From the NCBI RefSeq assembly GCF_000143415.4, contig NW_003314274.1:1-64000 (forward strand): a stretch of 64,000 nt of DNA. Reading direction: 5' to 3'. The translations under genes were made by a program, and so were the position numbers. The notes under the pieces were generated by a model. That model was not told the origin of the DNA. It ran no database searches and worked only from the letters and a program-made list of their open reading frames with translations. Below, piece by piece: positions 21,300 through 33,399 of the stretch; the first letter of the stretch is position 1; each line of letters starts with the position of its first letter. This stretch comes from Selaginella moellendorffii. Its lineage: Eukaryota; Plantae; Lycopodiophyta.

Positions 21300-23200
21300 C
21301 ATCTACACGCAAGAGCACAAAAGCTGTCAAGGGAACAACCAACAACAAAGATCACAAAGCTCAAGGTGAGGAAATTTAGGAGAAGACTTAGGAACAAGAT
21401 CCTGAACATGTAACCACCTTGCAGGTTCCAAACTTACAGTCGTCAATCTAGAGTGTAATGTGAACATGACCCAGCAGGAGCAGTCTCCAGCATCTCCACT
21501 GCACACAGCAACACCAACACAACCAGCTCTCAATGCCGACACCAACAACATGCTACATCACCGCAAACACCACAGTTGAGAGCATCCCAAGCAGGAGTGA
21601 TGCTGCAAGCCTGAGCTCACACTGGATCTTAAGTTTGGCATTTCTCCAGTTTGTGGACAAAATGCAGTGTCTCCAGTCAACACCATAGATGCCGATACCA
21701 GCAGATTTTGCGAGGTTTTTTCACAACAAGCAGATGAGCATTTTCATGCGAGACAGAGTCCAATCAACACCTTTGTCTACCAGCCCCTAGATGTGAAGCT
21801 CACGAAGATCCAGAACCATATTCTCCAGCTCAAGAGGAGCATTTGAGGTACAACTTTCTAGGGATCTGTATGCACAAAAACTTAGCGCATGAACAAGGAA
21901 CTCCCCAAGGAGAATGCAGAGCTTCGCAATGAGATCCGACAGCTCAAGGTGAAGCAACTGTAGTGTGCTACAACAGAAGAACAAGTTCAAGAATGAGCTC
22001 TCTGGAGTCATAGCAACAATAAAACAGCTTAATGCCATGGAGAAGTGAGAGCTTCAAGATGAAACTCAACTCAGTTGCAGGAGAAAAGTGGAGCATAGAA
22101 AATCAACTTTATATTTAGAAACATCATCCTAAGGCTTGAAATTTAAACTTTGAGACTCAAGAATAGGAATGAATGGCAATTGCCCCATGTAGAACTAATT
22201 AAGGGGGTGAGTTAACACTCAAACTTTATCCCTTTCTTTTGTATTCTAGCCTTCCATCATTAATGCATGTTTATTTGCTCAAACCTAGAATACTCAAGCA
22301 ATGCCAAGTTTATCTTTGCTCATGACTTCAACAAAAGCCTTCATGGGGATTGAAGGACTCAAATCATTCCTTTTTTACTTTTTATATATTTATTTGTGTC
22401 TAGCTGAAGCAAATGCAAAATTAAATCAAACAAGTGTAGTAGTAAATATCCACTCTACTCTCACCTTCTTTTCTCTTTCACTCTTATTTTCTTTTCCTCT
22501 TTCTTTCTTTTGTAATATAAGCTTTTAGCATATAAATTTTTACCCAAGTTTCTAGGAATGACTTGTTTTGACCTTTAAAGAAATGATTGAGAAATACATG
22601 AACTTTTAGCATTTAGATTGGGATGGATATTTGTCATTTCTTTGGTATATATATATATCATAGGGTATAAAGTTCCATTGGTGCTTCACCTTATAAATTT
22701 CTATATGGTCATTATTTGATATTGCTAATGGAGTTGAGTTTTGCTATAAGTTGCTAATACTAAGTCTTGGGATCAATATTTGATAAGTGTTCTTCCACTC
22801 ATTCAAGTGGAATTTATTGAGCACTTAGGCTGTGTATAAGTGGGATAATAACAACACAACAAGTTCCATCATTGTTCACTAGTGGAGTATAAAGTGGATG
22901 ATTTAATGTTAATCCATTTTCCTAATGTTATAGTATATGGTTTCTCTAAGGGGCTCTTTATTCAGTGGAAGGGACCATATTAAGTATTGTGGTAAGTTAA
23001 ACTACACATTTATAAAGTTTGGCAAAACATTCAACAAACTAATCCTCCAGAAATTACACATATGCAATAACTTAAACACTTTGTATAAAGGGATCAGGCC
23101 CCACCTATAGATCCACCAATGCCTCCTCTTATCTTGTTAATCTGAAAACCTTAACTACTTTTCATCCTTTTAAAAGAATAGGATGATATGAGGTCTGTAT
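21300..23200 (+). mobile_element. Decayed Ty3/gypsy retrotransposon remnant, copy 1
   Basis: Integrase relics at ~22550-23110: LKEMIEKY...HLDWDGYLSFLWY, SSIGASPYKFLYG, and the GPY/F motif QWKGPY...LKHF. Assignment of 21300-22500 to the same element is tentative. Confidence 0.65.
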
Positions 23201-23944
23201 GATGTTGTATTTAAATATTAGTATAATTTTTAGTATTAGTATAATTTTATTTTAAAATTTTTGAATTCAGCTTTATCAAGCTATGTATATATTGGATTTT
23301 ACTTAATTAATCTTCTGTTTTTTCTTGATGTTGGTTTAAATAAATATATTAGTAACTGTTCATTATATAAATGGGAAGAAACTATATTTTGTTGTTTAAA
23401 TTTTTATTACAATAACTTGAAACACCTTATTACAAAAATTTGAAATTTCTATAATAGGATTTGGATCAGTTAACTCTTTGAATAATAAGTTTATTTTATA
23501 AATAAAATGATTTACCATATAATCTTGAATAAAATCTAATGAATAATTAAATAATATATTAACTATTTATTTTCAAAAAGACTTTTTACTTGAAAGAACT
23601 CTTGTTTTTTTCCTTTTATATTGAAGTGTATATGCAATATTTCTTGTTTTATTTAAAGCCTTCTTCTTTTTGTTGCCATATCTCTTTGGAAAATTAAATC
23701 ATAAAATTATTTTCAGAAATTTTAAACTAACTTCTAATCCCAATCTTCTAATAATAGTGCTAAATCTATGCAATTTATCGTGCTAATGCCATCCTAATCA
23801 CGATATTAATGGCTTCCTAATTGCAGTCCTAATCCATGTAATCAGTATTAATTATACTCCTAATTGCAAGGTAGTGGCACAAACCTAATCACATCCTCTC
23901 AAGGATTCAAGGTTTTTTTGATTCAAGCTTTTTGTTCTTTCAAT

Positions 23945-24016
23945 CAAGCATTGCTGAGAGTTGGAATTCGAGGAATAACGGTGAGCAATGTTCGTGGTTT
24001 AGGCACTCAAGGTGGA
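23945..24016 (+). pseudogene. Isolated fragment of a PII nitrogen-regulatory protein gene
   Basis: QALLRVGIRGITVSNVRGLGTQGG matches the plant PII segment ALL.IGIRGVTVSDVRGFGAQGG. No other PII sequence is recognisable nearby. Confidence 0.75.
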
Positions 24017-24529
24017 GCTGTGTTTTCTCTCTTTTTTCCCTGTGGAGAACAAAAGCTTCCAGGAGAAAAGAAACCAGTTCTTACCCTTGATACTTGGGAG
24101 TCTCCAAGGTCTAGAAAAAAAGGAGAGAGAAGCAAAGAAATTGGTATCACTGCGTTACCAGTCAGATCTGAGCTCCAAAGACATCCTCTATCCTCAGCAA
24201 TCCAAAAGAAAAGAGAAAGAAAGCTCAAACCTTTCTGCAGCATGTTAAGATCCTTGAGCCCTCCAAGAGCGGTGCATCTATCCCTGCCCTCTCCAAATCC
24301 TGGCGCCTACCACACCCAATGGTGTGTGGGACGAGGCTATTGCCACTGGCCAGCATCGCTCGGTACAGAATCTCGCCTTAGCGGCCAAGAAGATTTCCCA
24401 TTTAGCCCTAAATTCTGACACCTCTTCATCTGGCAATTGGATGATTTTATCTGACTCATTCATTTTGACAGCATTTAATGAGCCAGCTGAGGCAAATGAT
24501 ATACACTTCTAGGAGTCACTGAGGTATAG

Positions 24530-24730
24530 AAGTATCTGTGCTGATATCCTTGATCACAGAACTTTGGATATCTAAAACTATTCCCATCCAAAAGTTTTAC
24601 TTGATCAATCACCATGGATAGCATATGATTTTCCTCTCCTTCCTTAATATTGAACCACTGAACTTTAAAAATAATTCTCTTGAATGATCTAAAGTTTACC
24701 TCATAAATATAAAAGGTATCTATAATAATA
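24530..24730 (-). mobile_element. CACTA transposase C-terminal (DUF4216-like) relic
   Basis: IYEVNFRSFKRIIFKVQWF resembles the I.EL.Y....V.LFKC.W signature. Same strand as, and downstream of, the 26200-28944 TnpD relic. Confidence 0.6.
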
Positions 24731-25722
24731 AGAACGAAGAACCCAGACCCCTGCAGCCGTCTGGGGCAGCCTCGGAAGCCATGGTTCTCAGCAAGGGGAG
24801 GCCAGCTTAGGCTTGGGCCAGGGCCGGTGGCCATGGTTAGCGGGAATATTGGCTCAATGTTGTGGCGGCCAATGGGTGGGATGCATGCGTGGCGGGGAAG
24901 GGAAGAGGGCGTGGTGACATGTGTTATGCCATGCACTCCTAGGGCTCCATGGCTGCTCTGGTCGGACACGGTTGTGTGGGCATTTCCGTGAGAGCCTGTG
25001 CATGGTAAGTAACAGGGGCGGGTAGAATGGTAGTCGGGCACACAATCCAGGCTCCTCTCGGGATCAACTCAGGACTGTGAGAGGCAAATTGGCTCATCTC
25101 CAACTCAGCAAAGCTTTGATCCCTGTTTGCCATTGCCTCACGAGCTCTTTGGCCTGTAGGAAAGCAATTATCAAGGACACTCCCTCTTCATCCCCGGATT
25201 CTCTCGAGGAATCCCTTGTTGCTGGGCCTGGTGAGGGATTGTTGTTTCAGCACATGCTCGGGATCAACTCCGTTTGTAGGAACCTGTTTTGAGTTGACGT
25301 AGGGCTGTCGAGTGGCTGTGCCAGCCAACACTGCTCCTGAAGTTTTGGAAATCTGACATGGCACTGATGTCTGGGTTCTCTCGAAAGAGAAGGAGAGAAG
25401 CAGAAGGTGCCACCGCAAGCATCCCGCCAACTGTTGGGAAAGGATGGGAAAGCTGGCATCAATCGATTTGTTGCAGTAGCCCATGGATAAAACTGTAGTC
25501 CATGGATAGATGTATGACATTATAGTCAGCATTCCAGAATCAATCCTAAGATAAATTTGTTTAGTATGATCATGTTAAACTAACAAAATTCACCTACATT
25601 GTCTGGAGTTCAGTCAAGCCTACAAATGATGGAACTGGCTGAGGAGAAAAGGAGTTGTTTCCAATGCTTCTGTTATGCATACACATGCATCAGGTAAACT
25701 CCAAGTTAAGACGAAATATTAC

Positions 25723-26130
25723 ATTAGTTGGAGAGCTTTCAACCTGCTTAGATCAGGTAACGTTCCAGTAAAAGCATTATCATTGATGTGTCTGTAAATG
25801 AAACAAAACTTGAGTGCAAAGTAGTTACCATATTAGCTATTTACATTTCAAAGAGGGTTGATATCCGCCCCAAACTGCTCGGCAATGATCCAGCAAATCG
25901 ATTTTTGTCAAGTCTCCTGAAAATACACTATTACACGAGATTGTATTCTAGCCATCAATGACTTACATGATGGTCAGCTTGGAAAAGTTTCCAATTTCAT
26001 TGGGAACTTCTCCAGAGAAGCAGTTATTGTCCAGTAACCTGAAGGACAACAGGTCCAAAAACCTCCAAGAAAATGAGAAAAATACGTACAAGTGCTTGAG
26101 TTCAGGTAAGAAATATATTTCTGGTGCGTC
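25723..26130 (-). pseudogene. Internal fragment of an LRR receptor kinase gene (4 LRR exons with introns)
   Basis: Phase-2 exons with GT-AG borders: partial PEIYFLPELKHL, 26038-25967 (72 nt, LLDNNCFSGEVPNEIGNFSKLTI), 25916-25845 (72 nt, RLDKNRFAGSLPSSLGRISTLFE) and 25791-25723 (69 nt, HINDNAFTGTLPDLSRLKALQL). No start, TM or kinase exons. Confidence 0.85.
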
Positions 26131-26199
26131 CACCTCTTTGTAAACCACCCAGCATTTGCTGGGCAAGTACTCGTAAAAAACTAAGATAGATCAAAATAC

Positions 26200-28944
26200 A
26201 TACCTGGAAAATCAATATGAGGTTGTTGTGGATTCCTTAACGTAATTATAATGCTGTCCATTGTTTTCTTATTTGCATCAATTTGAGAAACTCTAAAATG
26301 CTTTCCATTAATCTAATATACTGTATAACTCATGGCCTAAAATTTAAAACTAATTAATGATTAATTAATGTTAATTATGACTTTGCATCCATTACCCAAA
26401 TCCTTAAAAACATTTGATACTGATTCACCTCTTTGAATAGTATATTGTATGATTTCATATATAATAGCCATAATAGGTAATAGTGGTAGCTATTTTAAAT
26501 TTTCAGGAATCTATTGGTTTGGATGGTCAATAACATATTGCATTCTTGCATTATCTCTTTCAATTCTTGCTTGTTGATACTTTTGAAGGATAAGCTGCAT
26601 TTCCTCTTCATTAAAGTAAATATATAGAGAAATATTTTCATATGCTTCTTAACTAAGTTGAATTTGTTTTCCTAGATGCTACAATCAAATACTACTATAA
26701 TCAAATGGAGATATAAACTATGAAATACTTAAGCAAATTAGAACTAAAATATTATGCATATAAAAACTCTTTCTTAATAGCAGACCTTCAGCTATAAATC
26801 TTCAAGTTTTACTTTTTGTCTTACCAAAGATTTTAAAACCCTTAAATAACACTCAATAAAAAATATATTTCAGCTAGTTCTAGGACCAACCATCTTTAAC
26901 TCATCAATTAACTATACTAATAAATGAACTTGTGTTGTCATAGCTGTTGTAAATAATGTTGCTTCCAATAAACACACATAAATGATAGACTTTTCTTTCA
27001 TAATAGGTTTCAAAGATCTATCTACTTCTTGAGCAGTTTAAAATCTAATTAAAATTAAAATTAATTAAATTAAAAAAATTAAATCAATTATTACCATACA
27101 ACTTCTCCAAGAAAATATATTGCATCCTGTAATTGAGGTGTTGTGTTTCCCATTATAAAAATGAGATAAAAATCCTACTAAATATGTTAATTTACGTTTT
27201 AGTAAATTTAGAAACTTATTTATAGTAAATGAAGCCAATTATTTTCATACCTATTAAATTACCTTTCTCATCGACACAATTTGAAAATTCAGTTCCATAT
27301 GTTTTAAGCACTTTAAAAGCCTCTATATTATCAATAAATAATTTATTTTAATAATTTGTTAATATCAAAATTCCATGCTTAATTTTTCCATCACATCACA
27401 ACCATATGTTTTACTTTATTCTGCGCATAACTAAGTCTTTTCTAGTACTTAATTCATCAATTTTACCAGTAATAGTTTTATATATAGTTTGAAAAATATT
27501 CTTAAATATATGCATGTAATCCTTTAAAAATGCTACTGGCAACTTATAAAAATATAGAAGTTGATAAAATGTGAATATAACCATTTCATACTATTAGGTA
27601 ACAATATTTGATCTTCTTGTCTAACCAAATAATAATATGTTGCCTAACGTTTTGGAGTCATTTGTCCTAGTATTGGTCAAATATAATTATGACCATTAAA
27701 TAAACTAATTAAAATTTAATTTTAATTTATGTTTTAGAAATAATAACTAAAATCTTATATTCTATTAGTAGACCTAAATGGATGATCCATAGGTAAGAAA
27801 CACCAATATCCAATATATATATGCATTTTTATAAACTTCGTGACTATATTCCAAGGATCTAGGTCCACAGTTTAGGTAAAAGTATTTTCCTATTAATTTG
27901 AACTCCTGAATAAAATCATAATCCAAGAAAATTATGAATAAACTATCACATTGCTTCTCTAAGCTTAAAAAACTATTAACCCTCTGACTTAGAATTATCT
28001 TTGCATGGCACTCCATCCCATAATTGTTTCAACTCTTCCAAAAATAATAACCAATAAATATTAGGTACCTTAGGAAGTTTTGGACCTAGAAAAATTATAA
28101 ATATAAATATTTCATTTGAGTTTTTAATCTAATATCTGGTATAATCATAATAAGAAATATAAATGAAGGCTTAATTGCTAGAGTTGGTGGTATATTATTA
28201 TTAATTGCACCAATTGCCTAACATGAATATACTTTTGCCATTAATTTTGTTGGAGAAAGATCATTTGCAGCCATAGTAAAATATATATTTTTTGGATCTA
28301 CTGCAAAATTTGGGTAATCATCTTTGAATTTTTTTTTAAGTTGAACCATCTGCAGGCATTTTCATTATTCCATTACTGGATTGATGATCAAATGATAAAT
28401 GATATATTGTTTTATTTCTCTACATTGAAATTATTATTGAAGTCAAGGTATAATAGAGAAATAATGCATTATTTTCTCAGGTATATAATTGTTAAAATCT
28501 GTGTGCTTGCTAGCAATAGAAATTTGACAAAATTAAAGGTCCATATTCTCCTTATGAAATAACATAAAGTCATTGATGCATAAATCAATCTTTTTATAGG
28601 TAAGTCCATTATGTTTAGTGATATTTACCACTTCCTTATATATATTTGAAAATGTTTATTTGTAGGAAACATTTTAGTAACAGTTTAAAAGTTGTAAATT
28701 GCAACTCTAATTAGCAACATATATGAGCTTATCTAACTTTAAAGAATATGTTACTACAAATTATTATTTATATTTTAGTTGTAAAGGACAACTATAATTT
28801 CCAACTTAAATTTGAGTAACTATAAAGCTATCACTTAAATTTTGTAACTAAAGCCAATTTGCTACTAACATTAAATTGAGTTGATTACAACTTAGATTTC
28901 CAACAAACACAAAAAAATTGTTGGAAAAACATATCATTATAATG
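26200..28944 (-). mobile_element. Decayed CACTA/En-Spm element, copy 2 (retains more of TnpD)
   Basis: Homologous to 13361-16455, plus a DUF4218-like relic HLLV*LIDELKMVGPRTS*NIFFIECYLRVLKSLVRQK at ~26790-26930. Confidence 0.8.
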
Positions 28945-28962
28945 CTTTTACGGACTGGCAGA

Positions 28963-29230
28963 AGTCAAGTCTAAGTCTTCACCTGTCGAAGTCCACATTC
29001 TATCCACCGTGGCCAAAAAATCACCACAAAAAAAAATTGTGCAAAAATCTATGTTATGTAATATAGTTGATAGTCCAGTATACCAATGGCAAATCCCAAG
29101 TCCCCCATTTATTGACTAGCAAGGCTTTCATCAAGGCCCTTTGCTAGTCAATAAAGTCAATAAAGTATTTTTACAATGGTAAATCCCAAGTCCCCCACTT
29201 TATTGACTAGCTCAATTGACTCGAAGTCAA
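28963..29230. promoter_or_regulatory. Expanded W-box cluster (7 x TTGACT) upstream of RLP copy 2
   Basis: Sites at 28963, 29112, 29146, 29155, 29203, 29216 and 29225. Confidence 0.6.
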
Positions 29231-29317
29231 GTGTGCCAGGAATTGATTAGCAAATGTGCGTGTAAACTCTGCAAAAAAAACCTCATCTCGCACGTTCACT
29301 CTTTGATGTTCTGATCC

Positions 29318-31855
29318 ATGGCCATGTCTCTCGCGGATTTGCTGCTGCCTTTGTTTCTACTCGTCTTTCTCACAAGATCCCGGTCACAGTGCCCCACAAA
29401 TCCATCCGCAATCGTGAACGACACACAGGTTCTTCTCTCTCTCCGTGACAGGCTTGGCATCAAAGTGTGGATCGAGACTGCCAATCCAAGAGCATGGCGG
29501 GGAGTGGAGTGGAGCTCGGACAACCAAGTGGAGGGCCTCGCTCTGTCCAGGTTTAATCTCTCGGGAGTTTTTCCTGCCACCTGGGCCGAGCTTCCATCGC
29601 TGGCTCGCCTGGACCTCTCGCAAAACGGCCTCTCCTCGCTGGAAGTCCCTTGCAAAAATATGCAGCTCAACCTCCTCAACTTGAGCTCCAATTCCCTGCA
29701 AGAGTTCCCCGGAAATCTCTCCAGCCTCGAGAGTTTGGAAAGCCTGGACCTCAGTGGGAACTTCTTAACAGTGGCCGGACTCCCAAAGTTTAGCTTGACG
29801 CTGCGATCGCTCAACCTGTCCATCAACAACTTAACTGGGAGCTTTTCCATTGGTGGTAACCTGGGACTGGAGGCACTGGAACTCTCGCACAACGGCCTCA
29901 GCGGCTCCATTCCAGAAACTTTCGGGGAGATGACGAACTTGACGCGCCTGGACATATCGTATAACAGGTTTAGAGGAGATCTACCCGATATTTGGAGCAA
30001 GAACTTGGAGCTCAGGTACATGCGTATCTCCAAAAATTCGCTCCAGGGTGGTTTGCCACCGAGCTTGAGAAGGCTACGCAAGCTCTCGGTTTTACACGCT
30101 GCCTACAACTCTCTCTCCGGGCCACTGGAGCTGGAAGATGGCGACTTTGCAAGCATCGAGGTTTTGAACCTCGGGCTAAACGGGTTTAGCGGAACGATCC
30201 CGGCTACTCTGGGAGGCTTGAGGAACATCAGAGAGATATGGCTCGACAGCAATAACTTGACTGGAACAATCCCAGGCGAGCTCTCGAAGCTCTCGCATCT
30301 CCAGAAGCTGGTTCTCAGGGGGAATCGTTTTAGTGGCGCCATACCTCTGGAGCTTGGAAACTGCTCGAACATCAGAGAGATATGGCTCGGCAGCAATAAC
30401 TTGACTGGAACAATCCCAGGCGAGCTCTCGAAGCTCTCGCATCTCCAGCTGCTGGTTCTCACGGGGAATCGTTTTAGTGGCGCCATACCTCCAGAGCTTG
30501 GAAACTGGTCGAACATCAGAGAGATATGGCTCGACAGCAATAACTTGACTGGAACAATCCCAGGCGAGCTCTCGAAGCTCTCGCATCTCCAGAAGCTGGT
30601 TCTCACGGGGAATCGTTTTAGTGGCGCCATACCTCCGGAGCTTGGAAACTGGTCGAACATCAGAGAGATATGGCTCGACAGCAATAACTTGACTGGAACA
30701 ATCCCAGGCGAGCTCTCGAAGCTCTCGCATCTCCAGATGCTGGTTCTCACGGGGAATCGGTTTAGTGGCACCATACCTCCGGAGCTTGGAAACTGGTCGA
30801 ACATCAGAGAGATATGGCTCGGCAGCAATAACTTGACTGGAACAATCCCAGGCGAGCTCTCGAAGCTCTCGCATCTCCAGATGCTGGTTCTCAACAGGAA
30901 CGACATGGGCGGGGAGCTCCCTTCCGGACTCTCCAACTGCACCGAGCTCGTTAGTCTCTGGCTGGACCAGAACAAGTTCTCTGGAAATCTCCCTGACAGC
31001 TTCGGGAATTTGAGCCGCCTGCTCGCTCTGGGGCTTTCCAGCAACGATCTTGTCGGTTCAATCCCGGCCATGTTGCAAAACATGTCGTCTCTGCAGTTCC
31101 TCATCCTCGAAAACAACAGATTCAGTGGCTCCATACCGGACTGGCTTCCCAGGCTCACGAACTTACGAGCCATGGACTTCTCGGGTAACAGGTTCTCTGG
31201 GGAGATGCCGGAAAGCATTGGCCGACTGTTTGCCAACGTCCAGCTTTACAACCAGAACAAACGGTCTGTGATGATTCAAACCACGCGAGGACTCCTCTAC
31301 AACGGCTTCGCCTACCCGACCTCCATAGACTTCTCCTTCAACCAGCTGACTGGAAGCATTCCAGCTGCCATTGGCGACCTCTACAAGCTCCAGGTGCTGG
31401 ACCTGAGCCACAACCAGCTAACAGGTCCCATTCCCGAGTCCCTGGGGAAGGCAAGGAATCTCTCCGAGGTGGCGCTTGCGAGCAATCGTCTCAATGGCTC
31501 CATACCATCGTCCGTGGCGGACCTCTCGTTTCTCACCATCTTCGACGTCTCCAACAACAGCCTGGTGGGACGGATACCTGACAGCCCGCAACTCTCGTCC
31601 ATGGACGCGGCTCTCTTCGCTGGGAATCAGCTCTGTGGCTTGCCACTGACCAACACCTGTTCGAGCACTGCTATGCTGCCACATAAGCCTAGAACAGAGG
31701 GACAAGGTGGTAGCGAACAGGACCAAAGAGAAGTGACAATTGTCAGCGTTGCCATCTTCGTGGCAGCCTTCTTCAACGCGTTCTTCTGGACCTACTTTGC
31801 GGCAAACCACAGAGCTCATTCCCAGCTCTGTGGATGCTGGCAATCAAATCTCTAG
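29318..31855 (+). CDS. LRR receptor-like protein, copy 2 (845 aa)
   Basis: Near-identical to 16730-18871, with six extra LRRs and a different cytoplasmic tail. Open frame intact. Confidence 0.93.
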   Translation: MAMSLADLLLPLFLLVFLTRSRSQCPTNPSAIVNDTQVLLSLRDRLGIKVWIETANPRAWRGVEWSSDNQVEGLALSRFNLSGVFPATWAELPSLARLDLSQNGLSSLEVPCKNMQLNLLNLSSNSLQEFPGNLSSLESLESLDLSGNFLTVAGLPKFSLTLRSLNLSINNLTGSFSIGGNLGLEALELSHNGLSGSIPETFGEMTNLTRLDISYNRFRGDLPDIWSKNLELRYMRISKNSLQGGLPPSLRRLRKLSVLHAAYNSLSGPLELEDGDFASIEVLNLGLNGFSGTIPATLGGLRNIREIWLDSNNLTGTIPGELSKLSHLQKLVLRGNRFSGAIPLELGNCSNIREIWLGSNNLTGTIPGELSKLSHLQLLVLTGNRFSGAIPPELGNWSNIREIWLDSNNLTGTIPGELSKLSHLQKLVLTGNRFSGAIPPELGNWSNIREIWLDSNNLTGTIPGELSKLSHLQMLVLTGNRFSGTIPPELGNWSNIREIWLGSNNLTGTIPGELSKLSHLQMLVLNRNDMGGELPSGLSNCTELVSLWLDQNKFSGNLPDSFGNLSRLLALGLSSNDLVGSIPAMLQNMSSLQFLILENNRFSGSIPDWLPRLTNLRAMDFSGNRFSGEMPESIGRLFANVQLYNQNKRSVMIQTTRGLLYNGFAYPTSIDFSFNQLTGSIPAAIGDLYKLQVLDLSHNQLTGPIPESLGKARNLSEVALASNRLNGSIPSSVADLSFLTIFDVSNNSLVGRIPDSPQLSSMDAALFAGNQLCGLPLTNTCSSTAMLPHKPRTEGQGGSEQDQREVTIVSVAIFVAAFFNAFFWTYFAANHRAHSQLCGCWQSNL
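30224..30893 (+). repeat. 144-bp (two-LRR) tandem repeat, ~4.6 copies, inside RLP copy 2
   Basis: NIREIWL(D/G)SNNLTGTIPGELSKLSHLQxLVL(T/R)GNRFSG(A/T)IPxELGNxS repeated with very few nucleotide differences. Confidence 0.97.
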
Positions 31856-33320
31856 CTCGTCCACCATGTTGCTGCCGTCCTTTCTACCTTTCAGTTTGTA
31901 ATCGACCGCTTGATGAAGTGAACTCTTCTTATCCGCTTTCAAGGCCGCCTCCTGTATAGTCTTGAGCTTATCATGATCCTCCCACAGCCCCGCGCTCCGG
32001 TAGATGCTCGCCATCAGAACGTACGCAGCCGAGTCATTCTCGTCGATCTTCGTCAGTGCCTCGAACGCAATCCTCCCCACTTCCACTTACGGCAGGCCCC
32101 GAGGACGCTCCTCCAAACCGCAGCATCCGCTCTCAAAGGCATGCTCTCGAGGACTTTCAAGGCCTCTTCCACTCGGTTACGAGATCCACCAAGCTGCTGT
32201 AGTGATGAATCCCGCAAACAATGCCAGAGTCCGGGTCCATTGCCTGGAAAAACTCCCTGCCTCGTTCAACTAGGCCGCCGTGGCTGCAAGCAGTGATGAC
32301 CGAGACAAACGTGATTGCGTTTGCTCGCACGCCATCTTCTCGCCTCTCGCGAAAGGCTTGGAACACGCGCGACGTGTCACCTTGTTGGCCGAATCCCGTG
32401 ATCAGTGCATTCCAGGCGACGATATCTCGGACTGCCAGAGATCCAAACAAGTGCTCGGCCGCACTCATAACTCCGCATTTCCTGTAGAAGTTTACTCCCC
32501 ACAACTTGATCGTCCTCCAGCCCACGCTCACTCTCACCGTTGTCTATATATCTCTGTATCAAGTTCGTCCAAACGACAACGTCCCGTCTAGGCATGCGTT
32601 TGAAAACTGCTCGAGCTTTCACCATATCTCCACACTTGGCATACATGTCCACCAAGCTGCTCCCGACAAATCTGTGCTCGCAGCGTCCAAACTTTGCGGC
32701 GAGAGAATGAATCTCCATCCCCTTTTCTAGGCTCTGGATTCGCCCTATCTTTCCATCTTCTCGCGGAACAGGTGGCTCGGACGCTGAAAGGTGGACGCAG
32801 GCCATGAGCGCAGCAACAAACGTTCTCTCGTCCGGATCGTTCTCCCGAGACATACCGAAGAACAGCTCCAAGGCCAGCTTGCTGTCTCCACTTACATCGG
32901 CCAGCCATGCCATCGAAGACCTTGCGAGCTTCCTCGTACCTTCTCACACTTCGCGTACATATCGATCAGAGTGTTCCCCACGAACACGTCCTCTCGAAGA
33001 GATCCAGAGCCACATCGCTCTCGCCATTGGAGACGTAGCCCAGCATCAAGGACATCACGTTTGGGTGAAGAATGCTGTCGAACACGCGGCGGGAATCCTC
33101 CATGCTGCCGCATTTCTCGTCCACCAGCGCATTGACAACATGGATCCCCAGCTGCTTGCTCTCCGCCGCCTGGGCGTGGATCGCGCAGGCGCAAATTGCC
33201 CTTGCGCAAATCCCTTGTGACCTTCAACGCCGACACCTGCTGATCGGGCGCCCGCGGCGGCGCTGCCGAAGGAGCGAATGCTGGTGCGGCGCATCGAATC
33301 GCTGCCGTCGCCAAGTCTCA
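31844..33320 (-). pseudogene. PLS-E class PPR pseudogene, copy 2
   Basis: Homologous to 18876-20949. Retains the 5' end (MATAAIRC..., NALVDEKCGSMEDSRRVFD) but has internal deletions and frameshifts. Confidence 0.9.
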
Positions 33321-33399
33321 TCCATCGCAAGAACCCTAAACATTTGCTGGAAATTCAACCAAGGCCGTCGATTCAAGAATATCTGACGGTTGGAAATGA

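Noticed and set aside
20672-21409. 245-aa ORF with hydrophobic N-terminus as a chimeric gene
   Set aside because: It crosses the deletion junction and carrier intron relics, mostly out of frame with the PPR and carrier, and the equivalent frame is broken in copy 2.
16708-31236. Long antisense ORFs over both RLP genes
   Set aside because: Shadows of repetitive LRR codons with no independent motifs.
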